Source: Gemmatales bacterium (GTDB taxonomy: Bacteria > Planctomycetota > Planctomycetia > Gemmatales > HRBIN36). Taken from it: 38,431 nt of DNA. The DNA lies in NCBI GenBank assembly GCA_041640595.1, contig JBEPZY010000002.1:1-38431 (forward strand). The letters are read 5' to 3'. Positions 1 to 9,383 of the stretch are shown piece by piece. The first letter of the stretch is position 1; the number at the start of each line of letters is the position of its first letter. The notes under the pieces are model-generated. The model was given only the letters and a program-made list of their open reading frames with translations. It did not search any database and was not told the origin of the DNA. The position numbers and the translations under genes were made by a program.

Positions 1-630
1 ATACGCGCCCAGCCGGATGTCGCGAACCAGCACGGTGCCGCTGGACGTGCCATCACTCTTCCAGAGTTCGTAGCCGTTGGTGCCATGGTTGGCGACGAAA
101 AACAGCGTGCCGTTGACGTTGGTGAGAGAGCTAGGATAGGAGGAGAAGGAGAAAAAAAACGTGCCCGGCCAGATGTCCTTGACCAGCACGGTGCCACTGG
201 ACGTGCCGTCGCTCTTCCAGAGTTCGGTGCCGGTGGTGAAAAAAAAGCCATCCGTGGCTCTGAAAAACAGCGTGCCGTTGACGTTGGTGAGATAGCGAGG
301 ATTGGAGCCATCCGTGCCCGGCCAGATGTCCGCGACCAGCACGGTGCCGCTGGACGTGCCATCGCTCTTCCAGAGTTCTTTGCCGTGCCCGTTTGTGCCT
401 GTGCCATCGTCGGCTACGAAAAACAGTGTGCCGTTGACGTTGACGAACTCAGTAGGACCCGATCCGGAACTGCCGCCAAGAATGTCCCGTACCAGGAACG
501 TAGCGGGCACGGTGCGATCTTCGAGTTGCTCGAAGCGCAGCTGCGCTCGTTCACGTGACCGCCGCACTTTGGCTGGCACTTCGACTAGACCCAGACACAT
601 CCGCCAGACGTTGAGCAGCCATTGGCGCAT
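1..630 (-). CDS. ELWxxDGT-repeat (beta-propeller) surface/secreted protein, 5' part; runs off the left edge of the window
   Basis: Not in the ORF track because there is no stop inside the window. The minus-strand frame from ATG 630 (RBS AAGGAG upstream) reads MRQWLLNVWRMCLGLVEVPAKVRRSRERAQLRFEQLEDRTVPAT, then repeated NVNGTLFF..ELWKSDGTSSGTVLV.DI. LxxExLEDR is a Planctomycete extracellular-protein N-terminal motif. Confidence 0.88.
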   Translation of the reverse strand, partial: MRQWLLNVWRMCLGLVEVPAKVRRSRERAQLRFEQLEDRTVPATFLVRDILGGSSGSGPTEFVNVNGTLFFVADDGTGTNGHGKELWKSDGTSSGTVLVADIWPGTDGSNPRYLTNVNGTLFFRATDGFFFTTGTELWKSDGTSSGTVLVKDIWPGTFFFSFSSYPSSLTNVNGTLFFVANHGTNGYELWKSDGTSSGTVLVRDIRLGAY

Positions 631-1278
631 GGGGTGCTCCTTTCTGTTGGTGTGCTGACACGGACAAACCGCGGCAAAGTATTGGCCATGTGGCAACGTG
701 CTGCAGATGCCAGGCAACTGGAAAGGAGAGCGCGAATGGCTGCACGGGCCAGCGATTCTCACCCGCCCGGCCAGTTGGATGACAGCCGTGGTACGCTGCC
801 AGATTCGATCTTACCCAGACCCGCCGACTGCCGTCAAGGGAAAAATTGGGGATGAGTCAGGACATCCTCGCGCCGCCGAACAGCGATGATTAGACTACAT
901 TTCCGGGACCGCCCCGGGTGTACTCATTGCAGCCTAACCGAGGTAATCTTCTGCGTGCACGAAAATCCCAAGTCTGATCGCATTGATCTATTACGGTCGC
1001 GCGGTCTGCCTATTACTTCCCCGTTCCTCAACTGCTGGTTCTTTTACCAGTCCGTCAATGCGTCGTCCAGAGGCTAAGACCACCGGCGAAAAATTTTGTG
1101 GCGGGATGCCTCTGGCCGATCTGGCGTCGTTCACATAGCATAATCATGCGGCAATTCCCATCATTCTGTCCGTCCACACGCTGCCCGCACGGCAAAAAAC
1201 GTTGCTCCAGACGCCGAGATTTTCGTACTCGCGATTAGCCCAGGTAGCAACCGGATTGGCTCACAAGGAGGGTCGGAA

Positions 1279-3648
1279 ATGCACCGAGAGCATGGCTCGG
1301 CCTGGAAACGTATTGCGCTGGTGGGCACGTATGTGCCGCGACGCTGCGGTATCGCGACGTTCACTCACGATCTGGCCGAAAGCCTGGCCCGGGCTGCGCC
1401 GTGGGCCGATGTGTTTGCCGTGGCGGTGACCGAAGGCGAGGCGGAATATGCTTATCCGCCGCGGGTCCGCTACGAGATCCGCGAGCAACAGCTCGATTCC
1501 TACCAGGAAGCCGCCGATTTCCTCAACGCTGCCGAGGTGGATATCGTTTGCGTGCAGCATGAGTATGGCATCTACGGCGGCCCGGCCGGGAGCCATCTGC
1601 TGCATTTACTCAACCGGCTCGATGCGCCGGTCGTGACCACACTGCACACGGTTCTGCGTCAGCCCGATCCCCAGCAACGTCGCGTGCTTGTCCGCCTGGC
1701 CCAGCGCTCGGAAAAACTGGTGGTTATGACGCAAAAAGGCCGCCAGTTCCTCCGCGAGATTTTTCACATCCCGGAGGAAAAAATTGCCGTTATCCCGCAC
1801 GGTATTCCCGACTGGCCCTTCGTTGACCCGAATTTTTATAAGGATCGTTTCGGTCTGGAAGGCAGGCTGGTTCTGCTGACGTTCGGATTGCTGTCAGCCA
1901 ACAAGGGGATCGAAAACGTATTGCTGGCCTTGCCGCAGATTGTAGCGAAGTTTCCCCAGGTCTGCTACGTTGTGCTCGGGGCCACGCATCCGAATGTTCG
2001 GCGGGTGGAAGGGGAAGCCTATCGGGAAAAATTGCTGCGGCTGACGGAACAGCTCGGCCTCGTCGAGCACGTCCGCTTTGTGGACCGCTTTGTCGAACTG
2101 GAGGAATTGCTGCACTGGCTCAGCGCTGCCGACATCTACATCACGCCGTACCTCAATCAGGAACAAATCACTTCGGGCACGCTGGCCTACAGCGTCGGCC
2201 TGGGCAAAGCGGTGATTTCCACGCGTTACTGGCATGCCGAGGAATTGCTCGCCGAAGGTCGTGGCGTGCTGGTGCCGTTCCGCGAGCCGGCGTCCCTGGC
2301 TGACGCAGTCCTCCACCTCCTGGAACACGAAGCCGAACGACATGCCCTGCGCAAACGTGCCTATCTGTATGGTCGGCACATGACCTGGGCAAAGGTAGCG
2401 GAAGCGTATCTGGCCTGCTGCGACGAGATTTTTCGCCGCGGTCGGCAGGCCCTTCGGAAAACCGAACTGGCCAGCCGCGAAAGCGTCTCGGTCTCGTACG
2501 GCTGTGAAAGCGGCAACACCGACTGGCCCGAAGTGCGGCTGTGTCATCTGCGTCGGCTCACCGACACCACGGGCTTGCTCCAGCACGCGCGCTATGCTTT
2601 GCCGCTCTACGAGTCCGGTTATACCACGGACGACAATGCCCGCGGCTTGCTGGCGTGTGTCTGGCACGAGGAATGGCGCGGCGAACCCGGAGAAGAAGGG
2701 CCGCTCGGCGAACGGTATCTGGCCTTTTTGACCTATGCGTTCGATGCTCGCCAGCAGCGGTTCCGCAATCTGCTCAGCTACGACCGCCGCTGGTTGGACG
2801 GCGAGGATTCCGACGATGCCCAGGGGCGAGCCTTGTGGGCCCTGGGAACGGTCATCGGCCGATCCACCCGCAGCCACTGGCGACAGGCAGCTTGGCAGCT
2901 CTGGCAGCAAGCCCTTCCGTGTGCGCTCGAGTGGCGCAGTCCCCGCGCCTGGGCCCTGACGTTACTGGGTTTGCGGGACTATCTGCGAGCCTATCCCCGC
3001 CATTTAGCCGCCCGACAATTGGCCGAGGAACTGGCCAACCGGCTCCTGCAACGTTATGCCGATTGTGCCAGCCCGGATTGGCTCTGGTTTGAGGACATCG
3101 TCGCTTACGACAATGCCGTTTTACCGCATGGATTGCTGGCAGCTGCAGCCATACTGAATCGGCAGGATTGTCTGCAAGTCGGTCTGGAATCGCTCCGCTG
3201 GCTGGTTCGGCTGCAAACGGAGCCGCAGGGTTACCTCGTACCCATCGGCAGCCAGGGCTGGTATCGTCGCGGACAAACCCCGGCCCGCTTCGATCAGCAA
3301 CCGATCGAAGCCCAGGTGCTGGTACTGGCCTGTCTGACCGCGGAGGAATTGACTGGCGAGTCCACTTGGCGGATCCAGGCACGATTGGGGCTGGAATGGT
3401 TCCTCGGCCGCAACGATCTCGGTCTGCCGCTTTACGACCAGGAGACCGGTGGTTGCTGCGACGGTTTGCAACCGGGTCGCGTCAACCGCAATCAGGGTGC
3501 GGAATCCACGCTGGCCTGGATACTGGCTCGTCTGGCCTGGCACCTGCGGCAAGGCCGACCCAAGCCGTCTCTGCTCTCCTGGCCCGACTCCCAGATGGCA
3601 CCCACCGACTCTCTCGACAACCCCGCCTGGCCCGACCCACCGATGTAA
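1279..3648 (+). CDS. GT4 (GT-B fold) glycosyltransferase with C-terminal helical glycosidase-like domain
   Basis: 789 aa. N-terminal motifs YVPRRCGIATFT, QHEYGIYGG, FGLLSANKGIE, TPYLNQEQITSGTL. C-terminal domain motifs GYTTDDNAR, FDQQPIEA, GCCDGL..NRNQGAESTL. Confidence 0.85.
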   Translation: MHREHGSAWKRIALVGTYVPRRCGIATFTHDLAESLARAAPWADVFAVAVTEGEAEYAYPPRVRYEIREQQLDSYQEAADFLNAAEVDIVCVQHEYGIYGGPAGSHLLHLLNRLDAPVVTTLHTVLRQPDPQQRRVLVRLAQRSEKLVVMTQKGRQFLREIFHIPEEKIAVIPHGIPDWPFVDPNFYKDRFGLEGRLVLLTFGLLSANKGIENVLLALPQIVAKFPQVCYVVLGATHPNVRRVEGEAYREKLLRLTEQLGLVEHVRFVDRFVELEELLHWLSAADIYITPYLNQEQITSGTLAYSVGLGKAVISTRYWHAEELLAEGRGVLVPFREPASLADAVLHLLEHEAERHALRKRAYLYGRHMTWAKVAEAYLACCDEIFRRGRQALRKTELASRESVSVSYGCESGNTDWPEVRLCHLRRLTDTTGLLQHARYALPLYESGYTTDDNARGLLACVWHEEWRGEPGEEGPLGERYLAFLTYAFDARQQRFRNLLSYDRRWLDGEDSDDAQGRALWALGTVIGRSTRSHWRQAAWQLWQQALPCALEWRSPRAWALTLLGLRDYLRAYPRHLAARQLAEELANRLLQRYADCASPDWLWFEDIVAYDNAVLPHGLLAAAAILNRQDCLQVGLESLRWLVRLQTEPQGYLVPIGSQGWYRRGQTPARFDQQPIEAQVLVLACLTAEELTGESTWRIQARLGLEWFLGRNDLGLPLYDQETGGCCDGLQPGRVNRNQGAESTLAWILARLAWHLRQGRPKPSLLSWPDSQMAPTDSLDNPAWPDPPM

Positions 3649-3828
3649 AAACCCATGCCCCCGGTCGTATTGACAGGCGAGGGGCGGATGCGCACTAGTT
3701 ACGGACGATAGGCGGAATGGCGAAGGTCTAGGCTGATTTCGCTGCCTGCACCGTGGGAGGGATTTCCGCAGGCCAACGAAGCGGTCAGGCGGACCCGCTG
3801 CCCGATTCGTGCGATTCGTGTGCGGGGC

Positions 3829-4235
3829 GATGACCGGTTCTCGCAAATCATGGCCGCGGGTAACGGAAAGGAAGCTGCGGAACCGGCAAAGTGTTCGCAG
3901 CGATGAGCGATGACTGGCTCTTGCAGATTATCGCCGCCGGCAACGGAAGCTGGAGCCGGTGAACCGGCAAAGCCTTCGCAGAGATGACCGGTTCTCGCAG
4001 ATCATTGCCGCGGGTAACGGAAAGGAAGCTGCGGAACCGGCAAAGTGTTCGCAGCGATGAGCGATGACTGGCTCTTGCAGATTATCGCCGCCGGCAACGC
4101 AAGCCGGAGCCGGTGCAACGGTAAAGCCTTCGCAGCGATGACCGGTTCTCGCAAATCATGGCCGCGGGTAACGGAAGCGAGTCTGCACAACCTTTGACAC
4201 GTTCTCAGCGATGGCTGGCTTTTGCAGATTATCGG
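3829..4235. repeat. 154-bp tandem repeat (~2.5 copies), each unit made of two related sub-units
   Basis: GATGACCGGTTCTCGCA recurs at 3829, 3983 and 4137, with near-identical intervening sequence. Confidence 0.85.
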
Positions 4236-4737
4236 GGTGGTCAAGCGGATTTCCTGGCCAATGCGCGTTTGCGGTGATGGCTGGCGCTTGTGCAATTGAC
4301 GAACATGCCCAGGCCGTGTTAAACAAGTTCTTGTCCGTGCCGTGGGACGGACTTTTGCGGCGTGGACGAACAGGCGCTAGCCGGCTTGCACAAGCGCTTC
4401 TGTGTGCCCCATAACGGACTCATGCTCAGACCAGGGAGGGAAATTTGCGATGAATCTGGAGGCACGGTCCACAAGCGAATCGTCAACTTCCATCTCCAGC
4501 GATGATCCTTCGCCATCCCCCTCGGGTGTGCCGACGTCCGATCAGCCAGGTTCACCGTCTGCGATCCGCTCCAACGGCACTGCGGACGTTCCGGCAAGAG
4601 CGATGACTGCTGCTCCGGCAACGCCTGCGCGGGACGAAGCCAGGTGCTATGATGGTGATGCGAACCATTCCCGCACGGCTGAGAAAGCAGCCAACCGCGA
4701 GGGGAGAATTTCACGCACAGGCTATTGGCCGACAGCC

Positions 4738-5724
4738 ATGACCCGCATTTTCCGACGCAGTCAGCATGAAGTGCTCTTCTATCGGTATCCGAAAAATCCG
4801 ATTCTAACGGCCGCCGATTGGCCTTATCCGATCAACACCGTCTTCAACGCCGGTGCCACACTTTTGCCCGATGGCACGACGCTGCTATTGTGCCGGGTGG
4901 AGGACCGTCGCGGTCTGTCGCATTTTTGCGTGGCCCGGTCGCGTAACGGCGTGGACGGCTGGGAAATTGATCCCCAACCGACACTGATGCCCGACCCCGA
5001 CAATTATCCGGAAGAACTCTGGGGCATCGAGGACCCACGCATCACCTACGTCCCCGAACTGAACAAATACGCCGTCGTGTACACCGCCTATTCTGCCGGT
5101 GGGCCTTGCGTCTCCCTGGCGCTGACCGAGGATTTTCGCCACTTCGAACGTTTCGGCGACATTATGCCGCCGGAAGATAAAGATGCCGCCCTTTTCCCTC
5201 GGCGTATCGGTAATTATTGGGCCTTGATTCACCGACCGGTTTCCAATATCGGTGCGCACATCTGGATTTCCTACTCGCCGGATTTGCGGCACTGGGGCAG
5301 TCATAAGTTGATCCTGCCCGCTCGGCGTGGGGCCTGGTGGGACGCGAATAAGATCGGCCTGTCTCCGCCGCCTATCGAGACGCCGGAAGGCTGGCTCATC
5401 ATTTATCACGGCGTCAAACGTACCGCCGCCGGATGCCTTTACCGTCTGGGCCTGGCTCTGTTTGATCTGCAAACTCCGGAACGCTGTCTGCTCCGCGGTG
5501 ATTCCTGGATTTTCGGCCCGGAAGAGGAGTACGAACGGTACGGCGACGTGGACAACGTGGTTTTCCCCTGTGGTTACACGATCGCTCCGGATGGCGACAC
5601 CATCAACCTCTACTACGGCGGTGCGGATACGTGCATTGCCCTGGCCACCGGCAGCATTCGCGCGATGCTCGATTGGCTCCACCGTAACGGTCAGCCCGAA
5701 CCCGTCCATCGCTGGGAAACGTAA
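4738..5724 (+). CDS. GH130-family glycosidase/phosphorylase (5-bladed beta-propeller)
   Basis: Motifs NPIL, VFNAGA, GIEDPRIT, DKDAALFP, EEEYERYGDVDNVVFPCG, YYGGADT. Start placed at ATG 4738; the ORF-track extension from 4402 is low-complexity and uncertain. Confidence 0.88.
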   Translation: MTRIFRRSQHEVLFYRYPKNPILTAADWPYPINTVFNAGATLLPDGTTLLLCRVEDRRGLSHFCVARSRNGVDGWEIDPQPTLMPDPDNYPEELWGIEDPRITYVPELNKYAVVYTAYSAGGPCVSLALTEDFRHFERFGDIMPPEDKDAALFPRRIGNYWALIHRPVSNIGAHIWISYSPDLRHWGSHKLILPARRGAWWDANKIGLSPPPIETPEGWLIIYHGVKRTAAGCLYRLGLALFDLQTPERCLLRGDSWIFGPEEEYERYGDVDNVVFPCGYTIAPDGDTINLYYGGADTCIALATGSIRAMLDWLHRNGQPEPVHRWET

Positions 5725-5957
5725 CCGCTCCGGCTGATTTTATCCCCAAAGCCCACCGACCAGCCCAACGAAACCAGCTCCGCGTCACCGATGGTAAGAC
5801 CGAACGTGCATGGCCCGGCGCGTCCGGCACAGTCAGCGTTGCTGCCCTGTCATCCGTGACACTTTCGCCACAGAGCCTGGCTTGCTTTACCTTCGCTCCA
5901 ATTGGAAGCGGCAGCAGCGCAAGCTCCAGGCAATTTGTGTCGCCGTCCAGGAAATAA

Positions 5958-6593
5958 TCAGCGGACGTTTTTTCGGAGCCAATCGGCTAGTTCCGCCGGC
6001 TTAAAACCGGCCGGGCCCGGTCCGCCATAATAAGCAATCCGCCCGTCCGTGCCGACAACGACCAGGCGTTCCGGCCAGGCGGCGTAAGCGTAATTGACGC
6101 GGTTGTCGGTTTTGTCCACCACCGCCGGGATGGTCAGTCGCAGCATGACGGTGCACTGCTGGGCACGCAGGGAGCGTTCTTCCAGCGTGTTGGTCTGCGA
6201 AATCTTTTCCAGAACTTCCCGCCCGTCGCGCGGCACGTAGAGCACCGAATCGGGGTGAGCTTCGCGGATGTAAACCAGCAGAAATTGAACCTTGTCCTTA
6301 TACTGCTGATAAAGCCGTTCCAGTTCGCCAGCCTGGCGACGGAAGGGAGGTCAGGTGTAACTGCCGAAAATGAGCACCACCGGCTTTTTGCCGCGAAAGC
6401 TGCTGAGCGTCACGGTGTTTTTTCCAGTCGGGTCGGGCAGAGTGAAATCGGGAGCGGGATCGCCGACTCGCAGCGTGTCCGGTTTTCGCTCACCACGAGC
6501 CGGAGGCGTGTTTACTTCTCCAGGCCGACCCTGGGCAAACACGGCTATACCGAAGGCCATGCCGATCAGCGTAGCGCTGGCTCGCCGGAACAT
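5958..6593 (-). CDS. Iodothyronine deiodinase-like selenoprotein (thioredoxin/peroxiredoxin fold); in-frame UGA at 6353-6351 read as Sec; signal peptide; 211 aa
   Basis: ORFs 6351..6593 and 5958..6245 are in the same frame. Read-through gives [10 protein letters not shown]...[46 protein letters not shown]...[15 protein letters not shown], matching the deiodinase motifs FGSxTUPPF and YIxEAH. Confidence 0.88.
6318..6344 (-). promoter_or_regulatory. Candidate bacterial SECIS hairpin just 3' of the Sec UGA
   Basis: The mRNA reads UGA CCUCCC UUCC G UCGCCA GGC UGGCGA ACU GGAA. The upper stem is UCGCCA/UGGCGA with a G-starting apical loop 17 nt after the UGA; the lower stem is UUCC/GGAA. Confidence 0.7.
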
Positions 6594-7062
6594 GCTGTTT
6601 TCCTCCGCTTGCAGGGTTCGTGGCGGCGGGAATATGCCACCGCGTTGTCTCCGTCATTGTAGTCGTGCACGGTCGGCCTGGGATTATGCGGCAACTGGCG
6701 GGCACGTATAGTTATTGTGCAAACCCGAAGACCATAGTGCGTGGCTTCCGGCGGGAATAACTGCGAAGCTCACGCCTGCGGGATTATCGTCATGGAATTG
6801 CCGCTCCGAGGACGTGAACCTGACCCACTGTGACACGGCGACGAGTCCAGGCGTCTCCTCTGGACATCTCCCGCAGGAAGCCAGCCATCTAAACTTGTCA
6901 TACTCCGGCACACTGACACCGGGTCGTCACTGCCACGGATGCATTAGCACTTGCGAGGTCGGCCTGGCAATGCTTTTTCGCCTATGACATGCCAGGCAGC
7001 GCTTTGCAGACACAGACCAGGACGGAAAAGCATAGACCAACGGATACTGGGGCGGGGGAATT

Positions 7063-8121
7063 ATGGCGCTATTTCTAGCGATTGAGACATCGTGCGATGA
7101 AACGGCAGCGGCCGTCTTTGACGACGCACTGCAGATTCGTGCCAACGTGGTGGCATCGCAAACCGATCTGCATGCCCGTTTCGGTGGCGTGGTGCCCGAA
7201 GTGGCAGCGCGAGCCCACCTGCAACGCTTGATGCCGGTCATTGATGAAGCACTGCGGCAAAGTGGCGTTCGTCTGCGCGAACTGGATGCCGTCGCCGTTA
7301 TGAACACGCCCGGTTTAGTCGGTTCGCTTCTGGTAGGTGTGAGTGCGGCCAAGATGCTGGCGGTGGCCCTGGAAAAACCGCTTCTGGCCGTCAACCACAT
7401 CGAGGCCCACGTGTACGCTTGCCGCATTGCCGCCGGACGAGACGTTTTCCCGGCCATCGGTCTGGTGGTCAGCGGCGGGCACACGGTGCTGTTTCATTGT
7501 CGCAGTGCTCTGGAGTTTGAACTGCTCGGCGCCACCCTCGACGATGCTGCCGGGGAAGCATTTGACAAAGCAGCGAGCATGCTCGGTCTGGGTTTTCCCG
7601 GTGGGCCGAAGGTCGAAAAGGAGGCGGCGGCAGGCAATCCCAGAGCGTTTCGCTTTCCGCGAGCTTTCCTGCACGAACCGCGCTTGGATTTCAGCTTCAG
7701 CGGTCTGAAGACGGCTTTGCTCTACACCATACGCGATCTCGGTTATCAGCCGGGCGGTGAAATACCCGCGTCAGTGCGAGCCGATCTGGCTGCCAGTTTT
7801 CAGCAGGCGGTGATTGATGTGCTCGTCGCCAAATGTGCTCAGGCAATGGAGCAGACCGGCCTGAACCGTTTGTGCGTCGGTGGGGGCGTCGCGGCTAACA
7901 AAACCTTGCGGCAGGCACTGCAGCAGATGTGTACAGCGCGCGGAGCCGAATTGTTCGTGCCACCAATGAGCCTGTGCACCGACAACGCGGCGATGGCAGC
8001 CATGGCCGTGGAACTGTACCGCCTCGGTCACTTCGCCCCCCTCGATCTCGACGCCATCCCCACCTACCGTCCCCGACGGCCTGTGAAATCAACCCCACTG
8101 GCCACCACAACCTCCACCTGA
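7063..8121 (+). CDS. tsaD: tRNA N6-threonylcarbamoyladenosine transferase TsaD (Kae1/YgjD)
   Basis: Motifs LAIETSCDETAAA, GGVVPEVAARAH, NHIEAH, VSGGHT, DDAAGEAFDK, FSFSGLKTA, GGVAAN, CTDNAAM. Confidence 0.97.
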   Translation: MALFLAIETSCDETAAAVFDDALQIRANVVASQTDLHARFGGVVPEVAARAHLQRLMPVIDEALRQSGVRLRELDAVAVMNTPGLVGSLLVGVSAAKMLAVALEKPLLAVNHIEAHVYACRIAAGRDVFPAIGLVVSGGHTVLFHCRSALEFELLGATLDDAAGEAFDKAASMLGLGFPGGPKVEKEAAAGNPRAFRFPRAFLHEPRLDFSFSGLKTALLYTIRDLGYQPGGEIPASVRADLAASFQQAVIDVLVAKCAQAMEQTGLNRLCVGGGVAANKTLRQALQQMCTARGAELFVPPMSLCTDNAAMAAMAVELYRLGHFAPLDLDAIPTYRPRRPVKSTPLATTTST

Positions 8122-8513
8122 TCCCCGCGCCGCTCGCTAACCAACCAGCCAATCTGCCGGAATACCATCTAAGGTGGAAACATCGGTCAGCACCTCTCAC
8201 CGGCCCCTCGCAAACCAACCATCCAGCCCGCCAGACGACTGAACTGGCCGGCCGCACATCCACCTGGGGCAATGGTCGCTTCGGATAGTTTTCACGACCG
8301 AATGAGCCCGGCGAGCATTGAAACTGCAGCCGCGCGTGCCTATCGTCAACTGTGCAGGACGGTTTCCGGGAACAGCATTTGCTCGCTGCAACTCCGCACC
8401 CTCGCGGACAGGCTATTCGAGAGATGCGACAAAACGGTAAGCGGATACCGCAAAGGCCAGCGTAACTGCGAGCAGTACCCGCAGCGCGAGCGAGTACCAA
8501 CTGGATAAACCCC

Positions 8514-9383
8514 GTGAAAAAGACAAGCAGACGGACACCTTTAGACGGTAAGACCTGATTGCGTTACTCAATCAGTGTCTGGGAGGACATTGAGAAAAGT
8601 CCCGAGGAGAAAGCATTACGCCATCCGGCTCTGTATCCGTCAGCGCTGGTGGAACGTTTACTGGATTGTTATGTATGGCAGCCGGGCATCGTGTTAGACC
8701 CCTTTCTTGGTTCCGGCTCCAGTTTGCTGGCAGCGCTGAAGAAGGGCCATAGCGGCGTGGGAGTGGAAATTGTTCCCGATTTTGCCCGTATGGCTTTGCA
8801 GCGATTAAAGGCCAGTGCTCATCCTTCGCTTTTCGGTGACGGCCAGGAACCTGTTATCCGTCTGGTAACCAGGGCCGAGCGGTTGAGCTTCCCGGTTGAT
8901 CGCCAAACGCTCATCGTGGTGCGAGACGATGCCCGCAGCCTGTCTGCTTACCTGGAAGAAGAAAGCGTTGATTTCCTGGTGACCTCGCCTCCCTACTGGG
9001 TAATCCATCGTCGTCCTCGCACTGCCGACGCCAAAAAGCCCCGACCATATTCCGATATCCCGCAGGATTTAGGCAACGTCGAGCGCTACGAGGATTTCCT
9101 GGAGCAACTGGGCAAGATTTTCGCAGTTGCTTACCGCTTGTTGAAGCCAGCCGCTTTCTGTGTGGTCAATGTCATGGACCTGCGCTACGGGGCGCGATTC
9201 ATCCCGTATCATGTGGACGTCTTGAACTTGCTGGTGAATCAAGGCTTCCAGCCACAGGACATCATCATCTGGAATCGGGCCCGGGAATACAACAACTTGC
9301 GCCCCCTCGGATATCCTCACAAGTTCATTGTCAACAAAGTGCACGAATACTTGCTGGTGTTCCGGAAACCGGAAAAGCAATGA
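8514..9383 (+). CDS. Amino-type (N4-C/N6-A) DNA methyltransferase; in-frame TGA at 8556-8558 (nonsense lesion, or true start at TTG 8559)
   Basis: Motifs HPALYP, SAM-binding VLDPFLGSGSS, catalytic VTSPPY, IIWN, HEYLLVFRK. GTG 8514 is in frame (VKKTSRRTPLDGKT*LRYSISVW). Confidence 0.85.

Noticed and set aside
85..558. 157-aa plus-strand ORF with repeats
   Set aside because: It is the antisense shadow of the minus-strand ELWxxDGT protein, which has the RBS and recognisable motifs.
4402..4737. 112-aa N-terminal extension of the GH130 ORF
   Set aside because: It is low-complexity Ser/Pro-rich sequence before the family-like region; ATG 4738 is preferred, though the longer start is not excluded.
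6790..6830. SRP (4.5S) RNA or tRNA-Sec on the minus strand (GGGTCAGGTTC...)
   Set aside because: It lacks the SRP GGAA tetraloop/AGCAG geometry and has no cloverleaf with a TCA anticodon.
8556..8558. TGA in the MTase as selenocysteine
   Set aside because: There is no Cys/redox context and no convincing SECIS-like hairpin downstream; a Trp codon mutation is more plausible.
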